64,000 nucleotides of DNA, taken from assembly GCA_045837725.1 (NCBI GenBank), contig JBEWZL010000232.1, positions 310,001 to 374,000 on the forward strand, written 5' to 3'. The notes below the pieces were generated by a model. It did not search any database. It saw only the letters and a list, made by a program, of their open reading frames with translations, and was not told the origin of the DNA. Shown here piece after piece: positions 32,848 through 46,193 of this stretch; positions within the stretch are counted from its first letter, which is position 1, and every line of letters starts with the position of its first letter. A program made the position numbers and the translations under genes. Origin of the DNA: Vermamoeba vermiformis. Lineage: Eukaryota.

Positions 32848-34627
32848 CTATAGCGAGTCTACTGGTTGATACTGCGAGCTCGTCGATGTATTTACATTCT
32901 CTGGCATCACGCCAGTGTCCACAAGGTCCAAAAAGTCAGGAAAACTAATGTCCAATGACTCGTCAACTGTCGTGTCATGCGGACTCGATGCTGATTCGTC
33001 AGTGACTGGCTGTTGTGCTTCTGCTTGTTGGTGACCAGTGCCGGTGTTCACTGCGTGTATGCCACCAAGTAACTCGTCAGAGGCTCGAGGAGACAGTGCC
33101 ACGGGGTACGTGTCGTGTGTTACCGTGCTCGCTTGCGTGTCATTTGTAAGCGATGGAGAGTGAGCCATCTGCGTGCTCTGAGTGGGTGTAGTGCATTGAG
33201 GCATTATTAGTGTGTTGAGTGAGGGCACAGCGGGTTGAGATGTGGCTGACATCGTGCCTTGTTCGGTCAGATCGTCACGTGCTTGGTACTGTGTTGGCAC
33301 GTAGTTGGCTTGCTGCAATTGAACCTCGAGCCATCGTGCTACACGAGGGTCGTCAACGAGCGATGGATCCACGATGAGTGTTATGGCCTCTGTTTCGCTC
33401 AAGCCTCTGCTCTGCAATGTGACTTGAAGCACAAGCATTAAATGGCGCGCGCAGTTGTAGTACTGATTAATATCTGACCCCTTGCATAGATCCAAGTGAT
33501 TTTGCAACTGTGTAGGCCAAGCTACTTTGCTTTCCTCGGAAGACGTGCGCAGGAGTGCAGGTTGGGTGGGCACGGGGGCAGGAGCAATTGCCTCGCTGCC
33601 GCGTGGAGTTGTTGCGAGCGTTAAACGAGGTGACTTGCACGAGCCTTGTTGCAAGACCTCTTCCGAATACGAATCATCACTATCGCTTGGGGGATACTTT
33701 CGTTTTGTTGCTTTTTGCACGCGTTGTGTAGTGTTTGAGATATTGTTATTATTAACTTTGATAGCATTCTCGCGCTTTTTCATGCTGCTCGGAGACAACA
33801 AGTTCACCATAAACGTGCTGAACTTGACGGGGTCGAACAACGGTTTGAAGGACTGTTTCTGCTTGTCAATGATCTCGACGCGTTGCTCAGTAATTATTAC
33901 GCAATAGTACTGCGCGATGTTGTAAGGCAGCTCTCGTTCAATGCGGTCCTTGATGTCGTCAGCAGTCAGTTGAACACATCTTACGCGCTGCATCTCCTTG
34001 AATTCTTCGTCCGTCAGCGTGGAATCTTTTTTTCTGTTGCCTCTTAGACTTTGCACGCGCATACAAGCCATCAGAAATATGACTGTGGCATACTCGCTTG
34101 GCTCCAAAATGATTGTGTCGCTAGAACAACACATTAAAATTACGCGATCCAGATGAAAGATGTTTCGATTCTTTTGAGACTTACTCGATCTTATGAGGAA
34201 AAAGTAATTGGCAGAGTTTGATCAAACGGCCCTTGTCTTCCGTCATATACTTTGGGCAATGTTCAGTACCGCTCAAGAACCAGATTTGGATGTAGATGTC
34301 TTCGACGTTCTTTTTGATAAGGTCCCAGTTGACTGTAGCAACAGTCCTAGCACAATGAATATTACATTGAGCGAGAATAGCTTCTAAGAATTGAAGAAAT
34401 ACGTTGGAGCCAGCATTGTAAGTCGGGATCAGCGTAGAAACAAGCTGATGCCTGCCTAGAACTGAAAATAAGTTCAATTTCCAAAGGCGAATAGGAAATT
34501 TGGTACCTGGGTTTGTCTCTTGAATTTGTTGTTCGGTATTAGGGTTCAACACGTTGAAGACTTCTTCCGGATCTTGGTGTCGAGAATGCGATCTGGTTGA
34601 TCGGGTGGTGCCTGCCTTGCGTGACAT
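32848..34627 (-). CDS. Unknown family, paralog B
   Basis: Two exons, phase-2 intron 34184-34121. VNWDLIKKNVEDIYIQIWFLS..CPKYMTEDKGRLIKLC, FLMACMRVQSLRGNRKK. Confidence 0.78.
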
Positions 34628-35318
34628 TATTTGAATTGAAAATTAAATTAAAAAAAGCCATTGCAATTGTGTTATTTATGTATTCTTGAACAGACAAATG
34701 ACCACCCCTTACTTGGGCAATCGACCACGTCAATCCTTCCTGCTCCAAATTTAGGTCCAACCACAAAATCTCCTTGAAAAACAAAGAGAGACCTACCGAC
34801 AATTGTCTGGCGACAAGTGTTTATCAAATTTATTAGCAAGGTGCGACCACACCAGCTGGATTTCGTCGGGTCAGATTCTGGCATTTTCGCTAATAAATAA
34901 GAATCTAATATATTTAGTATTACCTCCAAAAACACTTCATATTGATGGGAATATTCTATATTATGGCAAATAAAAATACGAGATCCAAGTATAAACTTAA
35001 AAAAAAACTAATTACGTAGAGTCATATTGGATTGATTCAAGCTACAGTGCATCACTAATATTCCTTTTGTTGATTTTTTTAAGCGAGTTGAAGTTATTTG
35101 ATTAAATCTGCCAGAAAAGGTGCTCGCCGCGTTGTGAATTCCTTAACTGCGCTGCCATTGAATTGGAACTGACTCTAATTTAAATATTGGTTGTGTGGGT
35201 GGGAAGTGGTCGTCAAAAATTAAAAATAAAATTTTTGGGGCTTTATTTACAAACTTTGACAATTATGCTGCGTGACTTAAAACGAGCAAATTGGAAGTTC
35301 AAAATAGAGTGCGATCGA

Positions 35319-36905
35319 TTAGTTCGTGGCGCTGATGCTGGCAGCTTGCGGATTTGCATAGCCCCCAACGAAATCGTTCGCACCGGACTCGAAGTCGTGC
35401 AATGGCTGGCTTGCAAGGGTTTCATCGAACGAAGTAAGTTGAACAGTACTTTGGGACAAGTCCTCGAAAGTTACGCCAAGCGGGTCGTCCTCGAAGGGCT
35501 GTGCATCTGCAGCAGGGACTTGAGCCGCGCAATAGTATTGCGTAGTGCCCAGTGTTGCAGTGTATCCTTGCTGGCTTGTGTCGTTGTTAATCGCTTGAAT
35601 ACCTTCGAGCAGTGTTTGTGTCGCAGGAGACTGCTGCACGTGCATGGTCGAGTGTTGAGTCGACCAGAGCTGATTGGCTGAATAGTCCTGAGAGGCAGGC
35701 ACTTGAGCCAAGGTCTGCTCGTATTGCATTGATGGAATGACATTAAAATCATCGCTTTGTGCGAGATTCACCACGACACGAGCTGCAGATCCGCGACTCT
35801 CCAACCAACTATTGAAGTCAAGCACCTCGTAGAGTGGCATGTACGGGTAAATTTCTTGGTAGAACTGCTTGGGGTCTGTTTCGAGAAGGTATTGTACATT
35901 CGCGAACCAATCCTCGAGGGTCGGCATTGAGGCTGCAGGGACGTTCACTTCAGGCTCTTGTTGTGTTGGTTGATCCTCTTGAATAGGCGCAAATGCCATT
36001 CCTTCATGAGGAGTGGTTTCGACACCAACACGCAATGACTTGTGCGGGCCATGTCCAACCACTCCTTCGTCACTCGGCTCCTCGCTCCAGTCGCACTCGC
36101 TGACACGACGCTTCTTTTGCGGTGACTTCTTTTGCTTCATGAACTCGTGGAACTTGACGTCGTTGAGCAGAGGTCTGAAGGGCTGGTTCTTCGTGTCAAT
36201 GATTTGCACGTACTCGTCGCTGATGATGACGCGGTAGTACTTGACAACGCTGCGTGGCAAGTCCTTTGTCATGCGCTCGGCAATGTCGCTGGCAGTCAAT
36301 TCATGGTTCTTTTTCAACTTCTCCTCTTTCATCTTCTGGTCCACCAACGTGTTCTTTGGCTTCTTAACGGGCTTGCTTTTCTTTTTGGCCTTGACAGTCT
36401 TCTTCGTGTCGTTGGGATCGGATTCGACCTTTCTCCCTTTAGTGCTTTGAATGCGAAGACAAGACATCACAAATAGAATTGTGTAGTATTGTTGCGGCGT
36501 AAGCATGATGGTGTACCTAGGTTTAAGCTCGTTAGATGCTGAGATCGCAGAACTTTTTAATTCTTGTAAGACTTACTGGACCTTATCCTCCGAAACAAAC
36601 AAAAAGGCTAGCTTGATTGAGCGACCTTTATCTTCTTTCATATGTTTGGGGCCATTTTGACTTACAAGCCAGATGTGGTTGAAAATGTCTGCAATCCGTT
36701 CCTTAATCAGCTCCCAGCTTACTTGAGCGACGACATCGGGATAGTGGAGCTCGCACTCATCGAAGAGCTCCTTCAAGAATTGAAGAACTTCTTCTGAAGT
36801 GGCCTCAGGGAGCTTGGGTTTCTGGACGATCTTAAAGGTGCGGATGCCATTCGAGAGACTCTTCTTCGTCTGGGCTTGATTGACCACGAGTGGTTTACTA
36901 AACAT
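35319..36905 (-). CDS. Unknown family, paralog C
   Basis: Two exons, phase-2 intron 36576-36517. VSWELIKERIADIFNHIWLVS..GPKHMKEDKGRSIKLA, FVMSCLRIQSTKGRK. Confidence 0.78.
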
Positions 36906-37549
36906 TTTGTTTGTTAATAATGACCTTCTATCGTGCAAAAAGCTAGGTTTTTAGCCATTCTTTTGACCGCGGACACCAACGAGTCAAACTTTTTTCTTGT
37001 CCGTCTATGGACTAAAGGGCAGGGACAATTGGCCACACTTACCAAAAGATTTTTAGTGCGATATTTACTCCAGATTTCACTTGCAAAATGCGATCCAAGC
37101 GAGATTGACCAACAGTCAACCAGACAACCCGATCAGTGTACGCAGAGCTAAACAATTGATGAGTACAAATTTAAATATAATCCTTATTTTGCTTTTGCAT
37201 TACCTAGAGTCTTATTAGACATTATGAGGTCAAGATTTGCTAAAATCCGGATTTCTTTTTGGAATCTCTTTGTCTGTTTTCAATTCTACACAGCTATTAA
37301 TAATTATTTTAGTTTTAACTTGTTGAGTGTAATTACTCACGAAGAGCCGTGGTTCAATTTTGGCACCACCTCCAAATAAATCTGCTTGACAACCAAAAGA
37401 TTCTGCATTGGGCAACTTATTGATACGAAAAGGTTGTCTGCATGATAGCGGTGAGATGCGTGTTGTGCATTACTAATAAGAAGTGCAAGAAAACTGAAAA
37501 CAAAACAATTTTCGTTATTCAATTGTCGAACAAACATAGATCAGCATGG

Positions 37550-39375
37550 ATGGACCCATTTGAAAGCTTGCCTTTTGAAATTAAAGCAGATATATTCGCT
37601 TTATTGACGCTGCCATCCGCATAGTACGTAGTAATTGGAGTAAAGTCAGATCTTGTTCAATTCAAATTCAACGCGTTGAAATATGGTTTAATTATTGTTA
37701 TTAAATCTATTTATTGCCATTTACGATGTAAATTGAGCAATTTAAACGACAAACAGATACGTTGAATATTACTAAAATATTTTACAAATAGCCACGCGTC
37801 ACAAGTGAACCACGAATGGTGCAAACAAGTTTGGTTGGGTCAATCCTCACTATATCTCACCTCGAAACAGAAAATAGGCTTCACTGATCCGCTACCGCAC
37901 TTCAGGAGGCTGTTTGCTCGACTGAATCCAGCTCGATTAAAAATATTCTCTATTGATTTGCAAAATTTCAACAACAGAATATGGGAGTACATTACGCGGC
38001 TCAATAACCTCGAAGTGTTGCAAATTACTCAGTGCGATCTAATCACCGACTATAAAGCGCTCACTTGCTTCTCCCGTCTGACTCGCCTAATTATTGAAAG
38101 TAAGTTACTATGATTTAATATTGCTATATTATTAATAAGCAAGGACTACAATGGTTTTAGTCTTTTGGATCTGACGAGTGTTTTTGTCAGGCGAGGATTG
38201 CGATCCAAGTATCATTTGCAAATGTACGACACTCAAAGAGTTAAAATTAGATCTCATGAGCAACGTTGCGGGCGCGGTGACAGGCTTCGATCACGTGTCA
38301 AGTTTGACAGCCTTGCGAGATCTCACTCTGGCACGCATGCCAATGATCGTTGTGCGCAGCTGTTACGAGCCACTGACCGTGTTGACAGCACTGACGGCAT
38401 TCTCATTTCATCCGCAGCTCGTTGACTGTGATTTGAGAATTGTCACGCACTTCGCACACCTCACTTATTTGAACACGAGTGCGTAGCCCAAGGATTCCTC
38501 ATAACATTCAATTATTAATAGGCCTATCGCAGATAAGGTCCCCTTGTACGGATTAGAATTTGAACAAGTCTTGCCGCACCTGACGCGACTGCAAGAGCTG
38601 CACATTGACCACGCACGATTGACGGCACAACAGTTCGCACAAGTGTCACTGTTGCTAGACCTACACACTTTGTCGTACAATTCCAGCAACTTTGCCGAGC
38701 TCAATGAGTTCTCTGCGATAGAGGCTTGCACGAAACTAACCGTAAGAACATCTTTTGAATACAAATCGGTTATTGACACGTGTCATTTAGCGACTCGATG
38801 TCAATGACTTCAATAGAGAACCAGCTGCCTTGTTTGCAACGATGAAGAAGTTGCCTTATTTGGCATCAGCTAGTCTCGAGGGCATCGCTGGTAAGTGCCA
38901 CCAATCGATTGATTCTCATTAACTCAACGACGTGCCAGATATTCGAGGTCTGTCAGGCATGACACAGCTTCGCTCGCTCAATCTCGACACGATCAAGTAC
39001 ACAGACGAGAGTTTAATCGTGTTGGCTTCGCTAGGACTGACGCGCCTGTCACTCAAAGCCAACAATTTTGCGCTGAGTGACTACGCTCTGTTCAACGCGT
39101 TTTCGTCTCTGCGCGTTTTGACGCTGCGCAATATCTCGAAGATCACTGAAAAGATTGCGCATGGTTGCGTGATGACATTGCCTAATTTGGAAGAATTGAA
39201 TGTTACAACGTCCTCGCCCTCAACGAGCAATATAATCAAAGATTCGCTATTCAAAGTTGTAAATACCAAGTTGCACAGCGCACAAATTGCCGTACGCCTC
39301 GTTGCAACACTTTATAAGAAAATTGATATCGGTGGTGGTCCTTATTGGAAGAAGTATCAAAAAATAACCTTGTAA
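37550..39375 (+). CDS. F-box/LRR protein
   Basis: MDPFESLPFEIKADIFALL...SQVNHEW F-box split by an intron. Multiple LRRs (LTRLQELHI, LRSLNLD, LPNLEELNV). Confidence 0.82.
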
Positions 39376-39811
39376 TATACTTGATGTAAATATACTTGAT
39401 TGTATGACCCCTGGATCACAAAAATTTGAGGAACATAGCGTGAGAGATCCGGGTATTAATGGAAAGCATGACTACGAGTACGAATTTACGAGGCTATTTG
39501 GCAGTACTTTTTGACAAGTTTGATACATCAAGCGAATTGACTGGATTTGCTAAAGATTCTCGTCAGTTAACGAAAATCGTGCAGTAAATCGTTGAGCACC
39601 ATCAGTGGATATTTTTCTCAATGTTTGGAAGCTAATTGAGGAAGTACACCCACCTGTCAAATCTAGTGCCAACAAAATTAGAAATTAAATAAGAACCGTA
39701 CAATCAATCAAAGCAGTTGGTAATTTATTAAATAAGGTTGAATTTAATTACATGATAATATTTCGAGTAAAAGGGAACTTCTCGTTGAGAGATCGAGACT
39801 CGGATGATGAT

Positions 39812-39997
39812 TTACAAGTATCTTCTGCCCTTCTTGGTGAGGATGACCCACAAACCGTGAATGATACCAGGGAGAACGATCAGGATCCACAGAATTAAGT
39901 TAATCCAGAAGTGCTTGGAGATGCCGACCTTGAAGAAGACAGCCAAGGGAGAAATGAAGATGCAGAGAATGATCAACAAAATGTCAATTCCGTCCAT
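39812..39997 (-). CDS. Pmp3/UPF0057 plasma-membrane proteolipid
   Basis: ILCIFISPLAVF.KVG....FWINLILWILIVLPGIIHGLWVI is the canonical Pmp3 signature. Confidence 0.92.
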   Translation of the reverse strand: MDGIDILLIILCIFISPLAVFFKVGISKHFWINLILWILIVLPGIIHGLWVILTKKGRRYL

Positions 39998-40307
39998 TGT
40001 TGCTAGTTTGTTTCGGTTGTTTTGAAATTAAATAAACCGTCGACATATCCCTTTAAAAAATGTTCCTCTTCCGCTTTCGCACATGCCGACGAATTTCAAA
40101 AGCAAAATCTCCACCGATTTAAGTCATGGAATGCCAAAAAGTACCATGTTCTTCTGTTAAAAGGGTTCAATGATCATAATCTAACCACTCGATCTACCAT
40201 AGTCCAACTTTTATTGTACATTTTTCGACATACTAACCATTCTACTATATTACAAGCGCAAATATAATGATATTTCCATCATTTGCGATTAACTTGGCGA
40301 GGTAGAT

Positions 40308-42986
40308 CTACCAACTGTTATCGAACACGGAGCCAGGACAACGTTGCTTCAGATCATACCCAGCCAATATCCAGCCAATACCGAACGGCCAAATAGCAAT
40401 AGCCAGTGTAGCGGTAATGAACGAGCTGAACACCAACAAATTCTTCATTGAGCCGCGCAATCTCGGGGGAGTTCTACATACACGCAAGAGCAAGTACTTG
40501 TAGACCAAATAACTATTGATAGTGCATTAGTAAGACTATATGATGGGTAGTATTAGCAAGTAGGTGCTGCTTACTCGATGAATGCACCGACAAAGGCGAA
40601 GACAGTGATGAAGGGGAAGATAGGAATGCCCAAATAAGTCACGTATTGGCGATACAACAACTCCATGTATTGTTCCGCAATATCAAACTCGGGCTATAAA
40701 TAGCATTAATTAACGCAACAACAAAGAAAACAGCGCAATGAATAACACGTACCCGACCGTTCTCAAGTGCCTTGCCAGTTTGCTTTCTCATGCTGCAGAA
40801 GCAATAATAGAGCTTATTGTAAATAAGATCGATCAACTCCGCACCCTAATGGTCTTCATTAGTGTATGTTCGATAATACTACTCATATGACTTACGAAGA
40901 CACTGATGATCATGATGTACAAGAACTGGTCACCGAGTGCCGCGAGACCGCACGTGGTAGTTTGAGAACCGGAGTTAGGAATCCAGCTAGAGCGGTGTTA
41001 GTACACTAATAGTAATAGATGATATTATGTCACTCACGAGAAGAGAGGCACGTCCACTAAGTACCCTCTGCGCGCCAAGAAACGAGTCAAGAAGATGACT
41101 GACACGCTCAGAACACGCCACATGTAGAACTTGAGCACGTGATGGAATCTACGCCAGCGATCAGCAACGTGAAATAATATGACCTAATTTAGTAATAACT
41201 ACGTACTTGAATTTACTCCACGTGTAGTGAGCCTCCAAGAGTGTCAAAAAGTAGCACATTTTCTTCCAGCCCAAATTGACCACGAACAAGAACGCAGAGA
41301 CGAGGAAGGCAGTACTGAGCGGAGAATTAGCGTACTTGCCTTATATGGCAATATTGACGTGAACTTACAGTGCTTGACCGAGGTTCTCTTGCGCGACGAT
41401 GAAGCCCATAGTAATGATAGCAGAGATCAAGAGCATGATCACGAAGAGAATGTAACTCAACACTAATCGACCACGTGATGTTTTGGGACGACTCTTCGGT
41501 CTGCCTTTCTTGTCCTAAAAAAGGCGGATTAGATCTGCCGTCGAGTCTTCAAGTTACTTTTATACGTCAAATAAGGTACCTTAATAATATCCATACTCTT
41601 CAAACGATATCGATCTTGATGATCAAAATAGCCAAATCGTTTGAACATGACAGTAATTCTGCGTCCGAGTGCTGGTCCAAAGGCATACCACGAGGCCGCT
41701 AATAAATGAAACAGCCCATTAGTACTAAATACTACGAGAGACTGCCGGGCACTATATAAGGATATTTCTATGTATATTGTACCTGATATAATAGTGCTCC
41801 ACCACCAATATTGATAGACACCTGGGCTGTAGCTCGACAAATAAAAGTTTTCAATTAAATGTGTCAGCGGCAAATCGCTGTTCCAACCATCGATTACAAA
41901 GTGCGCAATAACATTCACACAAGCTATATATAATGAGGTTATTAGCATAATATTGTTAAAAATTTGGATCAAGTTGGGCAAACTTACCGAGAGCGAATAA
42001 AATTAAATTCGCAATTCCAACAAATAAGATGAAATCGAAATATAAATATACGCCTTCTCCATATCTACAAACATTAACAATTAATGATCATAATTGACAA
42101 CATTTGTAAGTCACTTACACTTTTCTAATCCGCTCCAATGAAGTGCATGATTTGAGTTTGACTGCAGGTCGCAAATGTTCATCAGCTGCTTCTGATTCTA
42201 ACACTGCCTTCGAAACCGCGTCCCTAGATAACACCAATCAAATTTAGAAAATGACCGCCAAATTGGATCAGGCTTAGATCTTACTTGATTAAAAATGGAA
42301 CTTTGCTATGACCGGCAAATTGGACGGTATAACCAGCAGGTACATCAACGCGCCTATTAGAGACGTTAATTTCGTATTCAGGTGCGGAGGTTACATGCTT
42401 AATCATTGTTCAACCGTAAAGCTTGAAAATCGTGCTTGAGCATGTAAAATAATGCATTATATTAACTATCATGCAATTATATGCTTCAATTAATATATAA
42501 TAGCGTAGGTAAATTAAAATTGAAACTTACGGCTTGATGTTGACTCCAAAGAAGTTATTTAAGAAAATATCTTTTCTCTGTGGGTTAAAAATAACGTTAA
42601 TAATTATTATACGCAATGACCGCTGTAAAATTGAAATAAATTTGAAAATTCATGAAGAAAAACAGATTAATTACCGATTTTTCTTTCTGCATCGCCACAG
42701 GTGGATTATGTAATATGCTCGAGTCATTCAATACTGCTGCATCATTTGTTAAGCTTTTATCGAGTGCAATAGGCGTGATAGAGTTGGCGGTTGTAATTTG
42801 ATCAGATGTAACATCAAATGAAGGTTGAATTATTGGAGCAGGTGCTTCAATATCACTTTGAGTTTCATATTTTGAGCTGCTCGTTGAATTTTCTTCTTCT
42901 TCAACTTCAAACTGTTCTGCAGTCGATGTGGGATCTGATCCCTCAAAGCTTTGGGACGATTCCTTTGAGCTTGAGCTTTGCGACAT
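40308..42986 (-). CDS. TMC/OSCA/TMEM16-superfamily-like multi-pass membrane protein
   Basis: Exon near 40693-40575 reads PEFDIAEQYMELLYRQYVTYLGIPIFPFI, followed by KYLLLRVCRTPP, resembling the TMC domain. Many TM helices and an acidic N-terminus. Confidence 0.6.
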
Positions 42987-43316
42987 TACGGCCGCAGAGA
43001 CTATCAAAGGTTCGATTGTGCTTATGTGCTCGTTAAAAACAATAATTTAAACTGAATTCGCTTTATTTGGTAAAAACATCGAGTCTCCAGGATTAATCTC
43101 CGAGATTAGTTTTATTAAGCGTCACTTAGCTCTGAGAATAGGCATATTATGAGTACTAAACTTGATGATGGCAATATAGCTGCAATTTACGTCAAAGAGG
43201 GTATTTAATTACACTGTACAATTTTGTGGCGAAGATGCCGTCGCTGGATCTCACTTTGAAGAGCGATGAAGCGCAAAAATAGACCTATAGTTACCACTAC
43301 AGTCTAATATGCTGAT

Positions 43317-44308
43317 CTACATCTTTCTATTCGCTTGTAACGGGTCATCAGGATCTCCATTCTTTTGTAACGCATTCATTTCCTTCGTGTATTTGATGCA
43401 TTCTTTGGCTAAGCCATCAAATGTGTCTTTAATGCCATCTCTAATATGGGCATAATATTAATAACAAAGTATAAGAGCGGTTATTTGATTTGCGGTTATT
43501 GATCGGATCTTGATCGCAAAAAAGACAGTATTTAATTGAATTTAGCATTAATTTTAGTACTTACCCTGTAACAGCACTCATAGTCTTGTATATTATATGT
43601 TTGTTTCGTGGCAGTAATGCTTCTATATTAAATATCCGCCTAATTTCATCGAGAGTTCGACTTTCCTTAATGTCATTCTTATTAACTACTAGTACTATAG
43701 GGATTCGATCTAATATTCCTTCATCGACTAGCTCTTCTATAAATTAATTCGATAAATTAATAATAGACCGAAAATTAAAATTGTTGTCGGGATGTACCAA
43801 AAACTGATCTAGACTTCTCTATTCGGCTTATATCGCTTCCATCGACCACCCATATTAATGCATTAGCAGATTTGTAATAATTTGTCCAAATTGAGCGCAG
43901 TCCTTCTGCTCCACCAAGATCCCAAAACGTCAATTTTACTCCTTGAAGTTCTACAGCGCCCACTGCACCAAAATAATTAATTATATTTTTGTTTAATTAA
44001 ATTATGACACGAATGTGCGATAAAGCCGTGTAATAAATTTAAATTGAATAATTGAAAATTATTCATAAATTCAACTTACGATTTAATCCGACTGTAGGTG
44101 TAATTTTATCTAATGGCAAGCCAGGTTTTGATGTAAATAATGTCTTGCTTTTTTCTAGTAGTGTCTGGAAGCGAAAGTTAGATGCGATCGCGAGATCAAC
44201 GTCAGAGGCAATTACCGTTTTACCAGCACCATCTAGACCAAGAATAGGCACAAAATATTCTTGCTTTTCTAGCATATAATTAATAAATCCGTGCAGCAAG
44301 CTGAACAT
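43317..44308 (-). CDS. ARFRP1: ARF-related protein 1 (Arl3p-like)
   Basis: MFSLLHGF...EYFVPILGLDGAGKTTLLEKSK...LPLDKITPTVGLN, FWDLGG, NKND, SAVTG. Confidence 0.88.
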
Positions 44309-44560
44309 TTGTTGTTTGCACGATAAAAAAATAAGTGTAAATGGCACAACCACGGCGTCAACTAAATATAGCTTTATTTCCCTAAGAGACCTTTAAGGGT
44401 GAAGCTTATGATGGGTATTAATAAGAATTATTGTTGAAGTGGCACAAGATCAAGATTTTCAAGAAACAGGCGCTAAAATCATTTCAAATCGCTGTCACAA
44501 CCGTTAGAGCACAAGTCTAGTTGTCAATTTAATATAATATTATTTCTATTGTCAATATTG

Positions 44561-45931
44561 ATGGAGGCAAATGACTCTTTCACGTTGCCGCCAGAACTTT
44601 GGAGCCACATCTTGACTTACATTGATTTGGACGACATAATTAAGCTGAGACCTGTTTGTATAATATTCAACCATGAATTGAAGAATAGAAATCCTTTGGA
44701 TGGTATTAAAGACGTGAAGTGGAATAAAGGTAACGATATTAATTTTTAAAAAAGATTACGCTCGTAAATTGCGTGAGAAAATGCCATCTTTACGTGCAGC
44801 CTTCTGGATTAATTAAATGATATTGTTATTTAACGGTTGAATTGCGCCTTACTAATTTTTTGATGCAGATGTAATTTCGAAATTTCGTAGTAGCCGAGGG
44901 CCACACTTGACTGAGGCTCAAATAGTCGAACAGTAAGGAATAGGCCATATAAATGACATATTGGACCTAATTAAAACCAATTTCAAGCTTGTCTCGTGGA
45001 AATGGAAAAAATATCATAGAACGGGACGGAGAACGTTTTTACCGCTTTAAGGCGATACTAGTAGGACCGCTGCACACAGGAAAATCAACGTTGTGGGCCT
45101 CTTATAAGGTACGGCATTCATTTTCTTTGAGATCTGATCCAATTTTGATTGAAGCTAATTTTATTATTTTAGGAAGGCCGTTTTACTGAGCACAACAGAT
45201 TAGATGCTGATTTTGTAAGATTATTTGTTAGTTTACACCGTAATTTCGAGCTAATACAGAGTTTAGCTCATAAACACATCGTACGATCTGGGCGTTCAAA
45301 CAAAATTACAATTGGTAAGCATTTATTCGTGCGAATTAGCATCTCTAATAGTATCGTTATAGTGGGACACGGCTGGTGTAAGTAATTAACCTTATTTAAA
45401 GTGCGTTATATTCAAATTTTACTAGGCCGAGAGATTTCGCAGCTACCACCCCGCTGGATATTACAGAGGTGCATCAGGAGTGCTGTTTTGCTTCAACATT
45501 ACGGATAGAATGAGCTTTGTTGATTTGTTGAACATTTGTTTGGCTCCGACCATTCAAGTTTTGGAGCCAAATGTGATCTGTTACCTGGTTGGAACTAAAT
45601 CCGACTTGGAAGCAAGCCGAGCCGTGTCTAAAATGGAAGCTGAGGTCCGATCATATATATATTAATATTATTAATAAGTTATTAATGTCGTCGTAGATTG
45701 TGGCACAGGTATTCAAAATGAAATATTTTGAGGTGTCGGCGAAAGAGTTCAAAAACATCAACGAGATGTTTGTTAGTCTTCGAATTGATATGCTGCGCGC
45801 AATGATGTACGTATATAGAACGAATAATGATAGATATAATTTGATAGGAGCCTTTTATAATTAATTTTTGTAGCATCGATGTAGCGGATGCAAGTTCCTC
45901 AAAGAGCGATAGACGCTGTAATGTAATGTAA
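44561..45931 (+). CDS. F-box / Rab-like small GTPase fusion with CAAX
   Basis: Exon 1 F-box LPPELWSHILTYIDLDDIIKLRPVC splices in phase to FKAILVGPLHTGKST, WDTAGAERFRS, YYRGASG, GTKSDL, YFEVSAK, ending RRCNVM. Confidence 0.8.
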
Positions 45932-46193
45932 CCAGATAATGATTGCGTTGATTATATTGTAACGAATAGCAACTCTGGTAAAGTACTTAATTGGTTATAA
46001 ATGTTTATAAACGACAATGCATTTCGAAATAATTTCTGAGCACAGATCTTGCTTTAAAATAATCATTTCCTAAGGCCGAAATAGATATTATAGTATTACG
46101 ATGCTCACAGCTTGAAATCTCCCTATTAATCTCGGAATTTATTTGTAGCGCAAAGTGCTGCTACAAAAATTTTTCCGCGGTTAAGGGCACAAC

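Noticed and set aside
37615-37630. Premature TAG in the F-box/LRR gene
   Set aside because: The codon is split by an intron (TA|gt...ag|C gives Tyr).
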